From NCBI GenBank assembly GCA_963809085.1, contig CAWEII010000024.1, forward strand, positions 6,951-70,950: a DNA stretch of 64,000 nt, written 5' to 3'. The notes under the pieces were generated by a model. That model searched no databases. It was not told the DNA's origin and worked only from the letters and a program-made list of their open reading frames with translations. This stretch comes from an uncultured Actinomycetota bacterium (lineage in GTDB: Bacteria > Actinomycetota > Actinomycetes > Mycobacteriales > Mycobacteriaceae). The position numbers and the translations under genes were made by a program. Positions 52,727 through 64,000 of the stretch are shown here, piece by piece (the stretch's first letter is position 1; each line of letters opens with the position of its first letter).

Positions 52727-54242
52727 CCAGGTCACTCGCCCGCTCGGCCAACGCCATGACGGTACCAACGGGATTCACCGACGGAATGGTCGGGAACACC
52801 GACGCGTCCACGACGCGCAGTCCCATCACGCCGCGGACCCGCAGGCGCGGGTCGCACACCGCCAACTGATCGTCCTCCCGGCCCATCCGGCAGGTACCGG
52901 AAACGTGGTAGACGGTCTGATGGGTGGCGCGCAGTGCCACGGACAGATCCTCGTCACTGACCAGCTCAGGGCCGGGAAAGACTTCGCGCACAACCCATTC
53001 CGACATCGGCGCCTGCTCCGCAATGCGCCGTGCCAACCGAATGCCCGCGATGAGCGTCGCCTCGTCGCACCCATCGGCATCGGTGAAGTAGCGGTAGTCG
53101 ATCGCCGGTGGGCACTGGGCGTCGTCGCTGGTGATCCAGACGCGCCCACGGCTGCGCGGCTTGGAGACATTCGGAGCGATCGACACGATGCGCGGGGGCA
53201 ACACGGCTCCGTACCTCACGGCGTGATCGGCGACCGCCTCGACCGGGAAGTGCATCAATACGTCCGGGCGAGCCGGCCCGTCGTCGCGTAGGCACACGGC
53301 GGCGCCGGCGTCCCACCCCGTCGCGCAGGTGTCGGGCACGACGCGGTCCGTCTCCCACACGATCAGGCCCTCGGCGTGATCCATCAGGTTCTCCCCGACG
53401 CCAGGCAGGTCGACCACCACGTCGACGCCAGCATCCCGCAGGACGCGTGACGGACCAATCCCCGATAGCTGCAGCAATTTTGGGCTATCGATGGATCCGC
53501 AACACACGATCACCTCGCGGCGCGCCATGAACTGCGTCATCGCCCCGTCCACGTCGCGGGCCAACACGCCCACCGCGGCACCACCTTCGACGAGGATGCG
53601 GATCGCCTGCTCGCCATGGCGCACGGTCAAATTGGGTCGGGTGCGCAGCGCGTGGTGCAGGTAGTGCACGGACGTGGAGGACCGCAGATGATCCGACGGG
53701 GTATAGCCGATCTCGAAGAATCCCACGCCCGTGCCAGTTTCGGCGAACTCGGGATCCGAGTTCCAGCGGGTGCGCCTCGGCAGATCGAGGGCAAGGCACG
53801 CCGCCTCCACCACGTCGGCGACGAAGGGATTGCGGTCCCCGTCGGCGACTGGATTGATCGGCGCGGCCAGCCGGTCGAAGTACGGGCCGACGGTCGCGGC
53901 ATCCCACCCTGCGGCGCCCAGCGCCACCCATTCGTCGAGGTCGGCGGGTAGTGGGCGCCACGTGATCATGGTGTTGGCCGTCGAACAGCCGCCCAGGATG
54001 CGCATCCTGGCCTGGCGGATGTACGAGTTCCCCCGCTCCTGAGCGACGCTGCGGTAGTCGAGGTCGTACTCGCCCTCCAACATCTCCGCCCAGCGGCGGA
54101 TATCGCGGGCGCGCGGCTCGTGCTCGTCGGAGGGCCCCGGCTCGATCACGGTCACCGTGATGTCTGGATCCTCGGAAAGCCGCGCCGCGACAATGCATCC
54201 CGCGGTGCCGCCGCCGACGACGAGATAGTCGGCGAGTGTCAC
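52704..54242 (-). CDS. GMC oxidoreductase (choline oxidase-like)
   Basis: DYLVVGGGTAG, LGGCS..N, GVGENLMDH, YHVSGTCRMG, LRVVDASVFP; GTGA coupling. Confidence 0.9.
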   Translation of the reverse strand: MTLADYLVVGGGTAGCIVAARLSEDPDITVTVIEPGPSDEHEPRARDIRRWAEMLEGEYDLDYRSVAQERGNSYIRQARMRILGGCSTANTMITWRPLPADLDEWVALGAAGWDAATVGPYFDRLAAPINPVADGDRNPFVADVVEAACLALDLPRRTRWNSDPEFAETGTGVGFFEIGYTPSDHLRSSTSVHYLHHALRTRPNLTVRHGEQAIRILVEGGAAVGVLARDVDGAMTQFMARREVIVCCGSIDSPKLLQLSGIGPSRVLRDAGVDVVVDLPGVGENLMDHAEGLIVWETDRVVPDTCATGWDAGAAVCLRDDGPARPDVLMHFPVEAVADHAVRYGAVLPPRIVSIAPNVSKPRSRGRVWITSDDAQCPPAIDYRYFTDADGCDEATLIAGIRLARRIAEQAPMSEWVVREVFPGPELVSDEDLSVALRATHQTVYHVSGTCRMGREDDQLAVCDPRLRVRGVMGLRVVDASVFPTIPSVNPVGTVMALAERASDLVIADSRV

Positions 54243-55658
54243 GCCGTGGTCTTGGTCGATCGCAGCGTGCTGGGAATTCCGGTAGACGTGTCGGCCACCC
54301 TCGGACGCATCAGCACGTAGTACAGCGGGCAGATCACGGCGAGTCCAACGATCCACGAGATGTCCACGCCGCCGATGGCGCTGGCCGCGAAACCGGTGAA
54401 CAGCGTGGTGGACAGGAATGGGATCTGCACCAGAATGCCCGCAACGTAGCAACCGATGGCCACCCAGTTGAAGGTGCCGTAGCGGCCGCCGTCGCGTTCG
54501 AACAGCGCCGAGATGTCGTACTGGCCGTGGCGCAGGACGTAGTAGTCGACCAGATTGATCGCGGTCCACGGGATGAGGACGCACAGCAGCAGCGCCAGGA
54601 AGTTGGCGTAGTTGGCCAGGAAGTCGTCGGCGCTGATGCAGTGCCGGGATCAGGGTGATCACGAACAGCACGACCGCGGTGACCGCCCGGCTCATCGCCT
54701 TCGGTGTCCAACGCGGAAAGAGGTTCTGACCGATGGTGATGGTCGACAGCGTTCCGCAGTAGAGGTTCATCGCGTTGGTGGCGGTGATCCCGACGGCGAA
54801 GATTGCGAACACACCCGTGGAAACGCCGCGGGTCAGCGTGGACAACCCCTCGAGGGTTTCGTCTGAGGGCAGGGCCGCGCCGACCAACACACCGAGCAAC
54901 ATCGGCAGCACGGAACCGAGCACGCAGCCCGTGTAGGTGCCCCAGAATGCCGCCCGCTGGCCGGTATCCTTCGGCATGTAGCGGGTGTAGTCGGAAACGT
55001 AAGGCGCGTAGGCGATCTGCCACAGGGCGGCTACCGACAGCGTGGCCATGAACCCGACCCAACTGAAACCGCCGGTGTGCCAGGTCGCCTCGGGGACCCC
55101 GTTGATACCGATCATCCAGACGAAGGCGACGATGAGCGCCCCGCCTGCCACGACCGAGAGCACCGCGGTCACCTCGTGAATCAGCCTGTACCCGACGATC
55201 GTCGCCACCACGCTGATCAGCCCGATGATCACGATCGCCCAATTGATGGGCAGGCCGGTGACCTTGGCCAGCGCCTGACCGCCGAGCACGGCGTTGGAGG
55301 CGAAGAAGCCCAGGTACATGAACACGACCAGGACGACGACCAGCAGGCTGCCGTACGACCCGAACTGGGCGCGGGTCTGCAGCATCTGGGGCACCCCCAT
55401 CTGGGGTCCCTGCGCGGCATGGAGCGCCATCACCACGCCGCCGATCACGTTGCCGAGAATGATCGCTACCGCTCCGGCCCACAGCGGCAGGCCGAACACC
55501 GTGGTCGCCAGTGCGCCCGTGATGATCGTCAACAGCATGATGTTCGAGCCGAACCACACCGTGAACAGATCGCGGGCCCTACCGTGCCGTTCGTCGACCG
55601 GAACGTGCTCGATGGTGCGCTGTTCGACCTGGCCGGGAAGGGGTGCGGGTGTGCTCAT
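54239..55658 (-). CDS. NCS1 purine/cytosine permease family transporter, frameshift near 54640
   Basis: GVPQMLQTRAQFG, YAPYVSDYTRY, then FLANYANFL..PWTAINLVDYY in a shifted frame. Confidence 0.88.
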
Positions 55659-55957
55659 CAAGACCGACTTTCACCATGTCATTCAGCTCGTCTGTTCGCC
55701 CTAGTGGCGACGATCACACCAGTATTGGCGGAGAAGCTGCAGACATAAAACGCAATAATCCGGCCCAGAACATCGATTTTGCAGATGAGGAGTTGGCGGT
55801 CGTCCTCGCTCTCATTTTGATTCCGGGTGCATCGGTAAATCAGAACCTGAAGCTCGGAAACATCTGTTGGACAGGAGCACTACTGCGCACGGAGGATTCG
55901 AAGACGCAGAGCGCGCATCGGAACAGCCGATTCTTGCCGTTCGGAGTGGAGGTCGGT

Positions 55958-57217
55958 ATGTCGAGCCAAGAGGTTGAGGTCCTCGTCGTCGGCGGAGGTC
56001 AGGCGGGCCTTGCGATGAGCGAGCACCTGGGCGCGTGTGGCGTCCCACACCTCGTCTTGGAGCGGCGCCGCATCGCCGAACGATGGCGTTCGGAGCGTTG
56101 GGATTCCCTGGTCGCGAACGGACCTGCCTGGCACGACCGCTTCCCCAACCTGGAGTTCGTCGATCTCGATCCCGATGCCTTCGCCTCGAAGGAGCAGGTC
56201 GCGGACTACTTCGTCGCCTACGCCGAGAAGATCGGCGCACCGATCCGGTGCGGAGTCGAGGTGACGTCCGTGACGAAGAACGAAGGCCGTCCCGGGTTTC
56301 GCGCGGAGACGACCGACGGAACCATCGATGCACGCTTCGTCGTCGCCGCGACCGGACCGTTTCAGCGACCCGTCATCCCGCCGATCGTTCCCGACGGCGC
56401 GGTACCGCTGCAAATCCACTCCAGCGGCTACCGCAACCCGAAGCAACTGCCCGACGGCGCCGTACTCGTGGTCGGAGCCGGATCGTCAGGCGTGCAGATC
56501 GCTGACGAGCTTCGGCAGTCGGGGCGGCGGGTCTTCCTGTCCGTCGGCCCGCACGACCGGCCCCCGCGGCGGTATCGCGGTCGTGACTTCTGCTGGTGGC
56601 TCGGCGTGCTGGGCCTGTGGGACGCCGAAACCCCTCCCTTGGGTGCAGAGCACGTCACGATCGCGGTCAGTGGAGCGCACGGTGGTCACACCGTCGACTT
56701 CCGCTACCTCGCCGCTCGTGGCATCGAGCTGGTTGGCCTGACCGCTTCGTACGAGAGCGGCACCCTACGCTTCGCGTCAGATTTGAGCGAGAACATCGCC
56801 AGGGGCGACGCCAACTACATGTCGCTGCTCGATGAGGCCGACGCCTACGTCGTCCGCAACGGTCTCGACCTCCCCGAGGAACCGGAGGCCCGCATGCTGG
56901 GGCCCGTGCCCGCGTGCGTCACCGACCCCCTCCTCGAACTCGACCTGGCCGAGGCCGGAGTCAACTCGATCATCTGGGCGACCGGCTTCGCCACCGACTA
57001 CAGCTGGTTGCAGGTCGACGCGTTCGACGAACGCGGCAAGCCGAAGCACCGGCGCGGCGTGTCGTCCGAGCCCGGCGTGTACTTCCTTGGCCTGCCATGG
57101 CTCTCGCGGCGCGGTTCGAGCTTCATCTGGGGGGTCTGGCACGACGCCAAGCATCTCTCCGATCACATCACGACCCAACGTGGCTACCTCGCCCACGGGG
57201 CCACCGTGCGCGCCTAG
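55958..57217 (+). CDS. Flavin-containing monooxygenase (CzcO-like; HinF-like by context)
   Basis: VGGGQAG, ERWRSERWDSL, ATG, HSSGYRNP, VVGAGSSG, ATGF; ggagg RBS. Confidence 0.88.
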   Translation: MSSQEVEVLVVGGGQAGLAMSEHLGACGVPHLVLERRRIAERWRSERWDSLVANGPAWHDRFPNLEFVDLDPDAFASKEQVADYFVAYAEKIGAPIRCGVEVTSVTKNEGRPGFRAETTDGTIDARFVVAATGPFQRPVIPPIVPDGAVPLQIHSSGYRNPKQLPDGAVLVVGAGSSGVQIADELRQSGRRVFLSVGPHDRPPRRYRGRDFCWWLGVLGLWDAETPPLGAEHVTIAVSGAHGGHTVDFRYLAARGIELVGLTASYESGTLRFASDLSENIARGDANYMSLLDEADAYVVRNGLDLPEEPEARMLGPVPACVTDPLLELDLAEAGVNSIIWATGFATDYSWLQVDAFDERGKPKHRRGVSSEPGVYFLGLPWLSRRGSSFIWGVWHDAKHLSDHITTQRGYLAHGATVRA

Positions 57218-57237
57218 CGCTTCTGCACGGAACCGCC

Positions 57238-58905
57238 ATGATCGCTGACTCCCTGTTCATCAACGCCTCGGTGTTCATCGCGGACGGCTCGCTGGGCCCG
57301 CCCGATACGGTTGCCGTCCGCGGCGGCGTGATCACCTATGTGGGACGCGGCGTGCCCGAGGACTTCGTCGGGCCGCGCACCGAGATCATCGACGCCGCAG
57401 GCGCTAGCCTGCTTCCCGGATTCATCGATGCGCACGTCCATCCCGTGGCTGCCGGCATGCAAGCCTTGCGCTGTGACCTTTCCCGGCTCCCCCACGACCG
57501 CGCGGCCTACATCGACGCAATAAGTCACCATGCCCGCACACATCCCGACGAACCGGTGATCAGCGGGGGCGGCTGGTATGGCGACGCATTCCCAGGGGGC
57601 TTTCCAACCCGCAATGACATCGACGCCGCGGTCAGCGCGCGGCCGGTGGTGCTGACCAGCCACGACGGGCACGGAGTCTGGGCCAATACCAAGGCGCTGC
57701 AGGTCGTTGGGATAGACGGCAGCACAGCCGATCCCGCTGGCGGCAGGATCGTTCGCGACCAAGAAGGCACGCCAACGGGGATGCTCTTCGAGCGAGCGGC
57801 CGATCCGGTCACCGACCTCATACCCGCCGTCACACCGGATTTCATGCACCGTGCCCTGCTTGCAGCTCAACGACATCTGCACTCGGTGGGCGTCACCGGC
57901 TGGCAGGACGCCGGGGTGGGCATTCCGCTGTTCGGACTCGACGACATCTTGCCGACCTACCTCGACGCCGACGAATCCGGTGAGCTGACTGCGAGAGTCG
58001 TCGGTGCACTGTGGTGGAGCGCCGAACGCGGGCTCGATCAGATCGTTGAGCTTCGAGCCCGACGAGAGCGGTCGGGGCACAACCGCTTCCGTGCCACCAC
58101 GGTCAAGGTCATGCAGGACGGGATCTGTGAAAACTGCACCGCCGCGATGCTCGCGCCGTACCGCACTGCACCGGGCGAAGCAAAGACCAGCGGGCTCTCG
58201 TTCATCGCCCCCGACGACCTCGTCGACATCACTTCGGCCCTGGCGTCCGAGCGCTTTCAGATTCACATGCACGCGGTCGGTGATCGTGCGGTGCGGGAGT
58301 GTCTGAACGCACTCGAGGGTGCCGCACGCGCCCATCCGGACTTCGACGGACGGCATCAGATTGCGCATCTCGACGTCATTGATCCGGAGGATGTTTCACG
58401 TTTCGCCGCGCTCGGTGTGGTGGCGAACATCCAGGCGCTGTGGGCGCGGCGCGACACCGAGATCGTCGAACGCAAACTGGGACTCCTCGGCCCCGAACGT
58501 GAAGCATGGCACTTTCCCTTCGGCTCCTTGAACCGCCAGGGAGCCACCTTGGCGATGGGAAGCGACTGGCCGGTCACCGACCCCAACCCGCTGTGGGCGA
58601 TCCATACCGCGGTGCACCGCACCGGCCCCCGTGCCGACCCGCACGCCATAGGTGATGGAGTCTTCGATACGCCTCTGTTGGCCGATGAGCGGCTGGACTT
58701 GCGCACGGCCGTGGACGCCTACACCACCGGGTCGGCCTTCGCGAACCATTGCGACGACAGCACGGGCAGCATCGAGGTCGGCAAGCTGGCCGATCTGGTG
58801 CTGCTGGACGGCGACATCGCCGCGGCGGACGAGATCAGTTACCTGCGAACAATTCTCACCATGGTGGGCGGCGAGGTCGTCTATCGCGCCGACGAGCAGC
58901 CGTAG
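57238..58905 (+). CDS. Amidohydrolase-3 (YtcJ/NfdA-like)
   Basis: PGFIDAHVH, DGHGVWAN, HAVGD, IAH, GSDWPV, GKLADLVLL. Confidence 0.9.
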   Translation: MIADSLFINASVFIADGSLGPPDTVAVRGGVITYVGRGVPEDFVGPRTEIIDAAGASLLPGFIDAHVHPVAAGMQALRCDLSRLPHDRAAYIDAISHHARTHPDEPVISGGGWYGDAFPGGFPTRNDIDAAVSARPVVLTSHDGHGVWANTKALQVVGIDGSTADPAGGRIVRDQEGTPTGMLFERAADPVTDLIPAVTPDFMHRALLAAQRHLHSVGVTGWQDAGVGIPLFGLDDILPTYLDADESGELTARVVGALWWSAERGLDQIVELRARRERSGHNRFRATTVKVMQDGICENCTAAMLAPYRTAPGEAKTSGLSFIAPDDLVDITSALASERFQIHMHAVGDRAVRECLNALEGAARAHPDFDGRHQIAHLDVIDPEDVSRFAALGVVANIQALWARRDTEIVERKLGLLGPEREAWHFPFGSLNRQGATLAMGSDWPVTDPNPLWAIHTAVHRTGPRADPHAIGDGVFDTPLLADERLDLRTAVDAYTTGSAFANHCDDSTGSIEVGKLADLVLLDGDIAAADEISYLRTILTMVGGEVVYRADEQP

Positions 58906-58913
58906 CCCGGCGT

Positions 58914-60304
<1,391 letters not shown>

Positions 60305-60318
<14 letters not shown>

Positions 60319-61471
60319 GGTTCACCAATCGTCGTCGGGCTGAATCGTCGGAGGCAACGTCCATGACCGTCAGGGCCAGGGCGAGTGCGCCTTGCATCGC
60401 CGCGCGGTCGGCGGCCGGGGATGCGGCGGCCGCGGCGAACTCGGGCTGGTGGTTGACCGCGGGCAGCGAGTCGATCCCGATGTAGGGGTGGATGGCCGGG
60501 ATGACCTGTGAGACGTTGCCCATGTCGGTCGACGCACGGTTCATCAAACTATCTGCGCCGGTGGAGAATTGGCGGCCGAGCTGCTCGGCCCGCAGTTTGT
60601 ACGCGGTGAGCAGATGCTCGTCGTTCCGAAATTCCGAGTACGGCTTGCTCTCCGGTGCGATGGTCAACTCGCAACCGGTGGCGAGTGCCCCCGCGGCAAA
60701 ACAGCGATGGACGCGCGGTTCCAGTTCCTCGAGTTGACCGAGCGTCTGCGCCCGCACGTACCAACGGCCCTCTGTCCGTTGCGGTATCGCGTTGGGCGCC
60801 TCGCCGCCGCGGGTCATCATGCCGTGCACCCGGACGTCGGACGGGAGTTGTTGGCGTAGCAGGCCGATGGCGACCTGGGCGATGGTGAAGGCATCGGCGG
60901 CGTTGATTCCACGGTCGGGGTATGCCGCGGCATGCGCAGCCTTGCCGTCGTAGGCGACATGGCTGTGCGATACCGCGTAGGGCTCTGCCCTTGCCACGTC
61001 GACGGGGCCAGGGTGGACCATCGCGGCGGCGTGCACTCCGGTGAACGCACCCTTGTCGAGCATCTCGATCTTGCCGCCACCGCCTTCTTCGGCGGGTGTA
61101 CCGAACACGGACAGCGTGATACCGAGATCGTCGACGAAGGGACCGAGGGCCAAGGCGGCCCCGGTCGAGATGGCCGCTATGACGTTGTGTCCGCACGCAT
61201 GGCCAAGCCCGGGCAGCGCGTCGTACTCGGCACACAGGGCAAGATGCAGCGGCCCGCTTCCACGATGGGCGCGAAACGCCGTGGCCAAGCCCACGTAGTT
61301 CGGCTCAACGGTGAATCCGGCGTCGTCGAGCTCACCCGCCACCCTCGCCGCCGAGTCGTGTTCCTCCCAGGCGATCTCGGGATTCCGATGCAGATCGTGG
61401 GACAGCTCGAGAATGCGATCCTGCGCCCTGTCCCGTAGGCCAAGGATCGATTGCTCCAGCGTAGGGCTCAC
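60305..61471 (-). CDS. M20-family amidohydrolase (ACY1L2-like)
   Basis: EYDALPGLGHACGHN, PAEE, STDMGNVS, FAAAA. Confidence 0.9.
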
Positions 61472-62139
61472 AAGTCACCCGGTACGCCGTATGAGGGCGC
61501 CTCGGTGGGATCCAACCCACGGGTCCGATAGTCCTGCTTCTGGGGTGCCCACACGCTCCAGAGGCGCCGGAGTTCGCCGATCGGGTCGTCGTGCCAATCG
61601 ACCCGTAGATCGGTGACCGGCCACGGCACGTCTTCGACCACCTGTAGACCGGCGCTATGCACCGGCCCGGCCTCACCACCTGCGACGATCGCCGCCGCGA
61701 GACCGTCGAGCAGCCGCAGTTCCATGCACCGAGCCGCCGAGTCGGTGAAGCCGGCAAGCAACGACTCGATGACCCGTTCGTCGCGAAGCATGTTTCCTGC
61801 TGCCGCAGCATTCTTCGTCTGCGCGTGGTGGCTGATCCCGAGCGCATGCTCGCCAGAGTGAACGGCGGTATTCCCGCGGGCGTCGACGACGACGAGCTGC
61901 CGGTACTCGCGATGGCGTTCGGAAGCCAGTGCGGTGGTGAGCGCTTCGTCGGCATCGAGGTCCGAGGCGAGCGCGTCCAGCGCGATCTCGCCCAACTGTG
62001 GATTGGTCACGTTCTGGCTGGCGACGGCGCCAACGCCTGCGCGCAGGTGAACGCAGCGCGAGGCGACGGCAGGACTCGAGGAGCAGATCACCATGCCGAA
62101 CGCGCCCGATTCGTCGCGGGCAGATAGCGAGAACGTCAC
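61468..62139 (-). CDS. DUF1028 (Ntn-hydrolase-like) protein
   Basis: MTFSL.AR, SSSPAV, AGNML, AGGE, DLRVDW. Confidence 0.88.
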   Translation of the reverse strand: MTFSLSARDESGAFGMVICSSSPAVASRCVHLRAGVGAVASQNVTNPQLGEIALDALASDLDADEALTTALASERHREYRQLVVVDARGNTAVHSGEHALGISHHAQTKNAAAAGNMLRDERVIESLLAGFTDSAARCMELRLLDGLAAAIVAGGEAGPVHSAGLQVVEDVPWPVTDLRVDWHDDPIGELRRLWSVWAPQKQDYRTRGLDPTEAPSYGVPGDL

Positions 62140-62565
62140 GCGGTGCTCCCGGGATCGGCGATCACCGCGGTGGCATCGATCTCGACGAGCCACTCGGGCC
62201 GGGCCAGAGCGGAGACCGACGAGCCCGGTGGACACCGGGTGCACGCCCTTCAGCCAGCGACCCATCACCCGGTACACCGGTTCGCGATAGCGGATGTCGA
62301 TCAGATACACCGTCACCTTCACGATGTCCTGCACCGTGCTGCCTGCTTCTTCGAGCAGCATCGCGATGTTCGCCATGGCCTTTTCGGCCTGGGCTTCGAC
62401 GTCGCCGATGCCGACCGATTCCCTGGTATCAAGATCCTGACCGATCTGACCGCGCAGGTAGACCACTCCCCCGGCCACGACGGCCTGGGCGAGATCGTTG
62501 TCGAGGTTCTGCTCGGGATAGGTGTCGCGGGTGTTGAACGGCCGGATGCGGATGTGGTTGCCCAT
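62136..62565 (-). CDS. RidA-family protein, frameshift near 62215
   Basis: RIRPFNTRDTYPEQ, VYLRGQ, PVSTGL, then LARPEWLVEIDATAV in a shifted frame. Confidence 0.88.
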
Positions 62566-62683
62566 CAGTGGGTTCCACGTGCTCGGCCGGACAGCTCTGC
62601 CGACGTTCTGGGTAGGGACATTTCGGTCCATTCGCAAAAGGACTTTCGGGCGTGTGACGTCTATCGTGAGCCCCTCACCCCTC

Positions 62684-62700
62684 ATCTGTAAAACACAGAT
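62684..62700. promoter_or_regulatory. Palindrome upstream of the ridA operon, candidate LysR site
   Basis: atctgt-aaaac-acagat. Confidence 0.5.
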
Positions 62701-62733
62701 ATTTGACGAAGCGCATAGGCAACTCCGATGCCG

Positions 62734-63658
62734 TCAACGAACCTCGTCCTCGGCGAAGATCGTGCGGGCAGCATCTTCGATGGCGCGCGCCCTGGCCGTG
62801 GCTCGTACGACGTGCGCGCGGGCGATCACGATCGGCAGTCCCGGTGCATCGCCACGGATCGGCACCGCTACGACCTCGCCTCCGTCGTAGGTGCCGTGGT
62901 GCGCCGGTTCTTGGTTGAGGATCGAGAATCCATGCCCGCGAGCGACCATTCCGCGCACCGTCTCATAGCTCGCGGACCGGTAGCGGATCCGGGGTTGCAC
63001 TCCCGGCATCGACCAGCATCGACTCGAAGTAGTCACGGCTGTCCGGCAGGTCGAGCAGCACCATGGGTTCGGCGGCGAGGTGTGCGAGGTCGAGTTCCGC
63101 GGAAGTGGCCAGGGGGTGATCGCGGCGAGCGCGACGTAGGGACGGGCGATGTGCAGGACCTCTGTGTCGATGTCGGCGCCAAGCCCGAGGTCGTAGGTCA
63201 GCGCCACCTCCGCGGTGCCGTTGCGCAGCACCGCGCGGACATCGTCCGCCTGGGTCTCGACGACCTCGACTTCGAGATCGGGATGTTTGGCGCCGAGTTC
63301 GGAGATGAGCCGGGGAAGGATGAACGGGGTGAGGGTGACGAAACACGCCATCCGGATGCGTGCCGCGTATCTCGCCGGCCTGACCGCTGGCCGAGTCGAG
63401 GACCTCGCCGAGGTGCTCGAGCAGGGCCCGCGTGTCCCGCAGCATCTCCTCACCCGCGGTGGTGAGCACGAGCCCGCGGGCCCGATGCCGGATGAACAGC
63501 TGGGTTCCGATCTGATGCTCGAGTTGTGAGACCGCGGCCGAGACCGCGGACTGCGCGATCCGCAGCTCGTCGGCGGCCTTGGTCATGCTGCCGTAGGTCG
63601 CTGCCTTCACGAAGTACCGCAGCTGGGTCAGCGTGACATCGGGCCGACGAGGCATCAT
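62734..63658 (-). CDS. LysR-family regulator, several frameshifts
   Basis: TLTQLRYF..SMTKAA..IAQSAVS HTH; VALTYDL, VLLDLP.SRDYF, VRGMVARGHGFSIL. Confidence 0.88.
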
Positions 63659-63689
63659 CCACTCCTAGCTAGCTCTTGGTCACGGAAAG

Positions 63690-64000
63690 ACCGCGGTCGT
63701 CGAATCCGACGGCGACTGCTCGAGTCGGTGTCGCGCTGCTCGACCCGGAGAGGTTTGGCAGTCGAGGTAGCCGACGGCTCCCAGGAGGCCGAGCGCGGCG
63801 AGTGTGCCGAGGGTGAACAGCTCGAATTCTCCGGCGCTGACCCCCCAGACCTCCTCGAAGTCGTAGTCAGCCCGAAGAGCCGGTCCAGCGTGCCGGGGAA
63901 CACCGCGACCCAGCTGCCCGAGCGCGACCCACGCAAAGCAGAGGCCGCCGAGGACCCGGAAGCCGTTGTCGGAGACGGGGACCCTGAAGGGGCGCTCGAC
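63690..64000 (-). CDS. C-terminal end of an APC-family permease (partial, frameshifted; end approximate)
   Basis: ERPFRVP..WVAVFPGTL..DF..VWGVS..FELFTLG hydrophobic tail. Confidence 0.55.

Noticed and set aside
52704-55661. Apparent 985-aa NCS1 permease-GMC oxidase fusion
   Set aside because: The linker is out-of-frame sequence; the true permease C-terminus continues in another frame after about 54640 and stops at 54239, overlapping the GMC GTG start
61468-62685. Apparent RidA-DUF1028 fusion
   Set aside because: The RidA C-terminus (EWLVEIDATAV) lies in another frame and ends at 62136; DUF1028 has its own coupled start

Overview
High-GC actinobacterial DNA, most likely a fast-growing mycobacterium (MmpL, MspA-family porin, F420-dependent LLM, PknH-like lipoprotein). 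It is an accessory-type region with about 60 CDS or remnants and two IS scars; no rRNA, tRNA or CRISPR was seen. The strongest candidate for an undescribed system is a four-gene RiPP operon on the minus strand at 45818-49782. It encodes a 185-aa precursor (about 134-aa leader, GRGGG, then a 51-aa core with six tandem Ser/Thr...Cys units), an APH-type kinase, a HopA1-type lyase and a stand-alone LanC cyclase with intact Zn ligands. That is a class V-type split dehydratase paired with a LanC cyclase, with no LanD, protease or ABC exporter. Other notable items: a hin-like (histamine/imidazoleacetate) catabolic cluster at 51.9-64 kb; a putative N-acyl-D-amino-sugar-acid to KDG pathway at 24.4-31.5 kb with an internally deleted ridA; an RAE-like 19-bp palindrome before a Rox-like monooxygenase; a duplicated ECF41 (SigJ) promoter and leader in front of an FAD oxidase; and a Fur/Zur-type regulator with a metal ABC transporter and Zur-like boxes. 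Many otherwise intact genes carry single-base frameshifts, which may be sequencing error. All calls come from reading motifs by eye; no searches were run.
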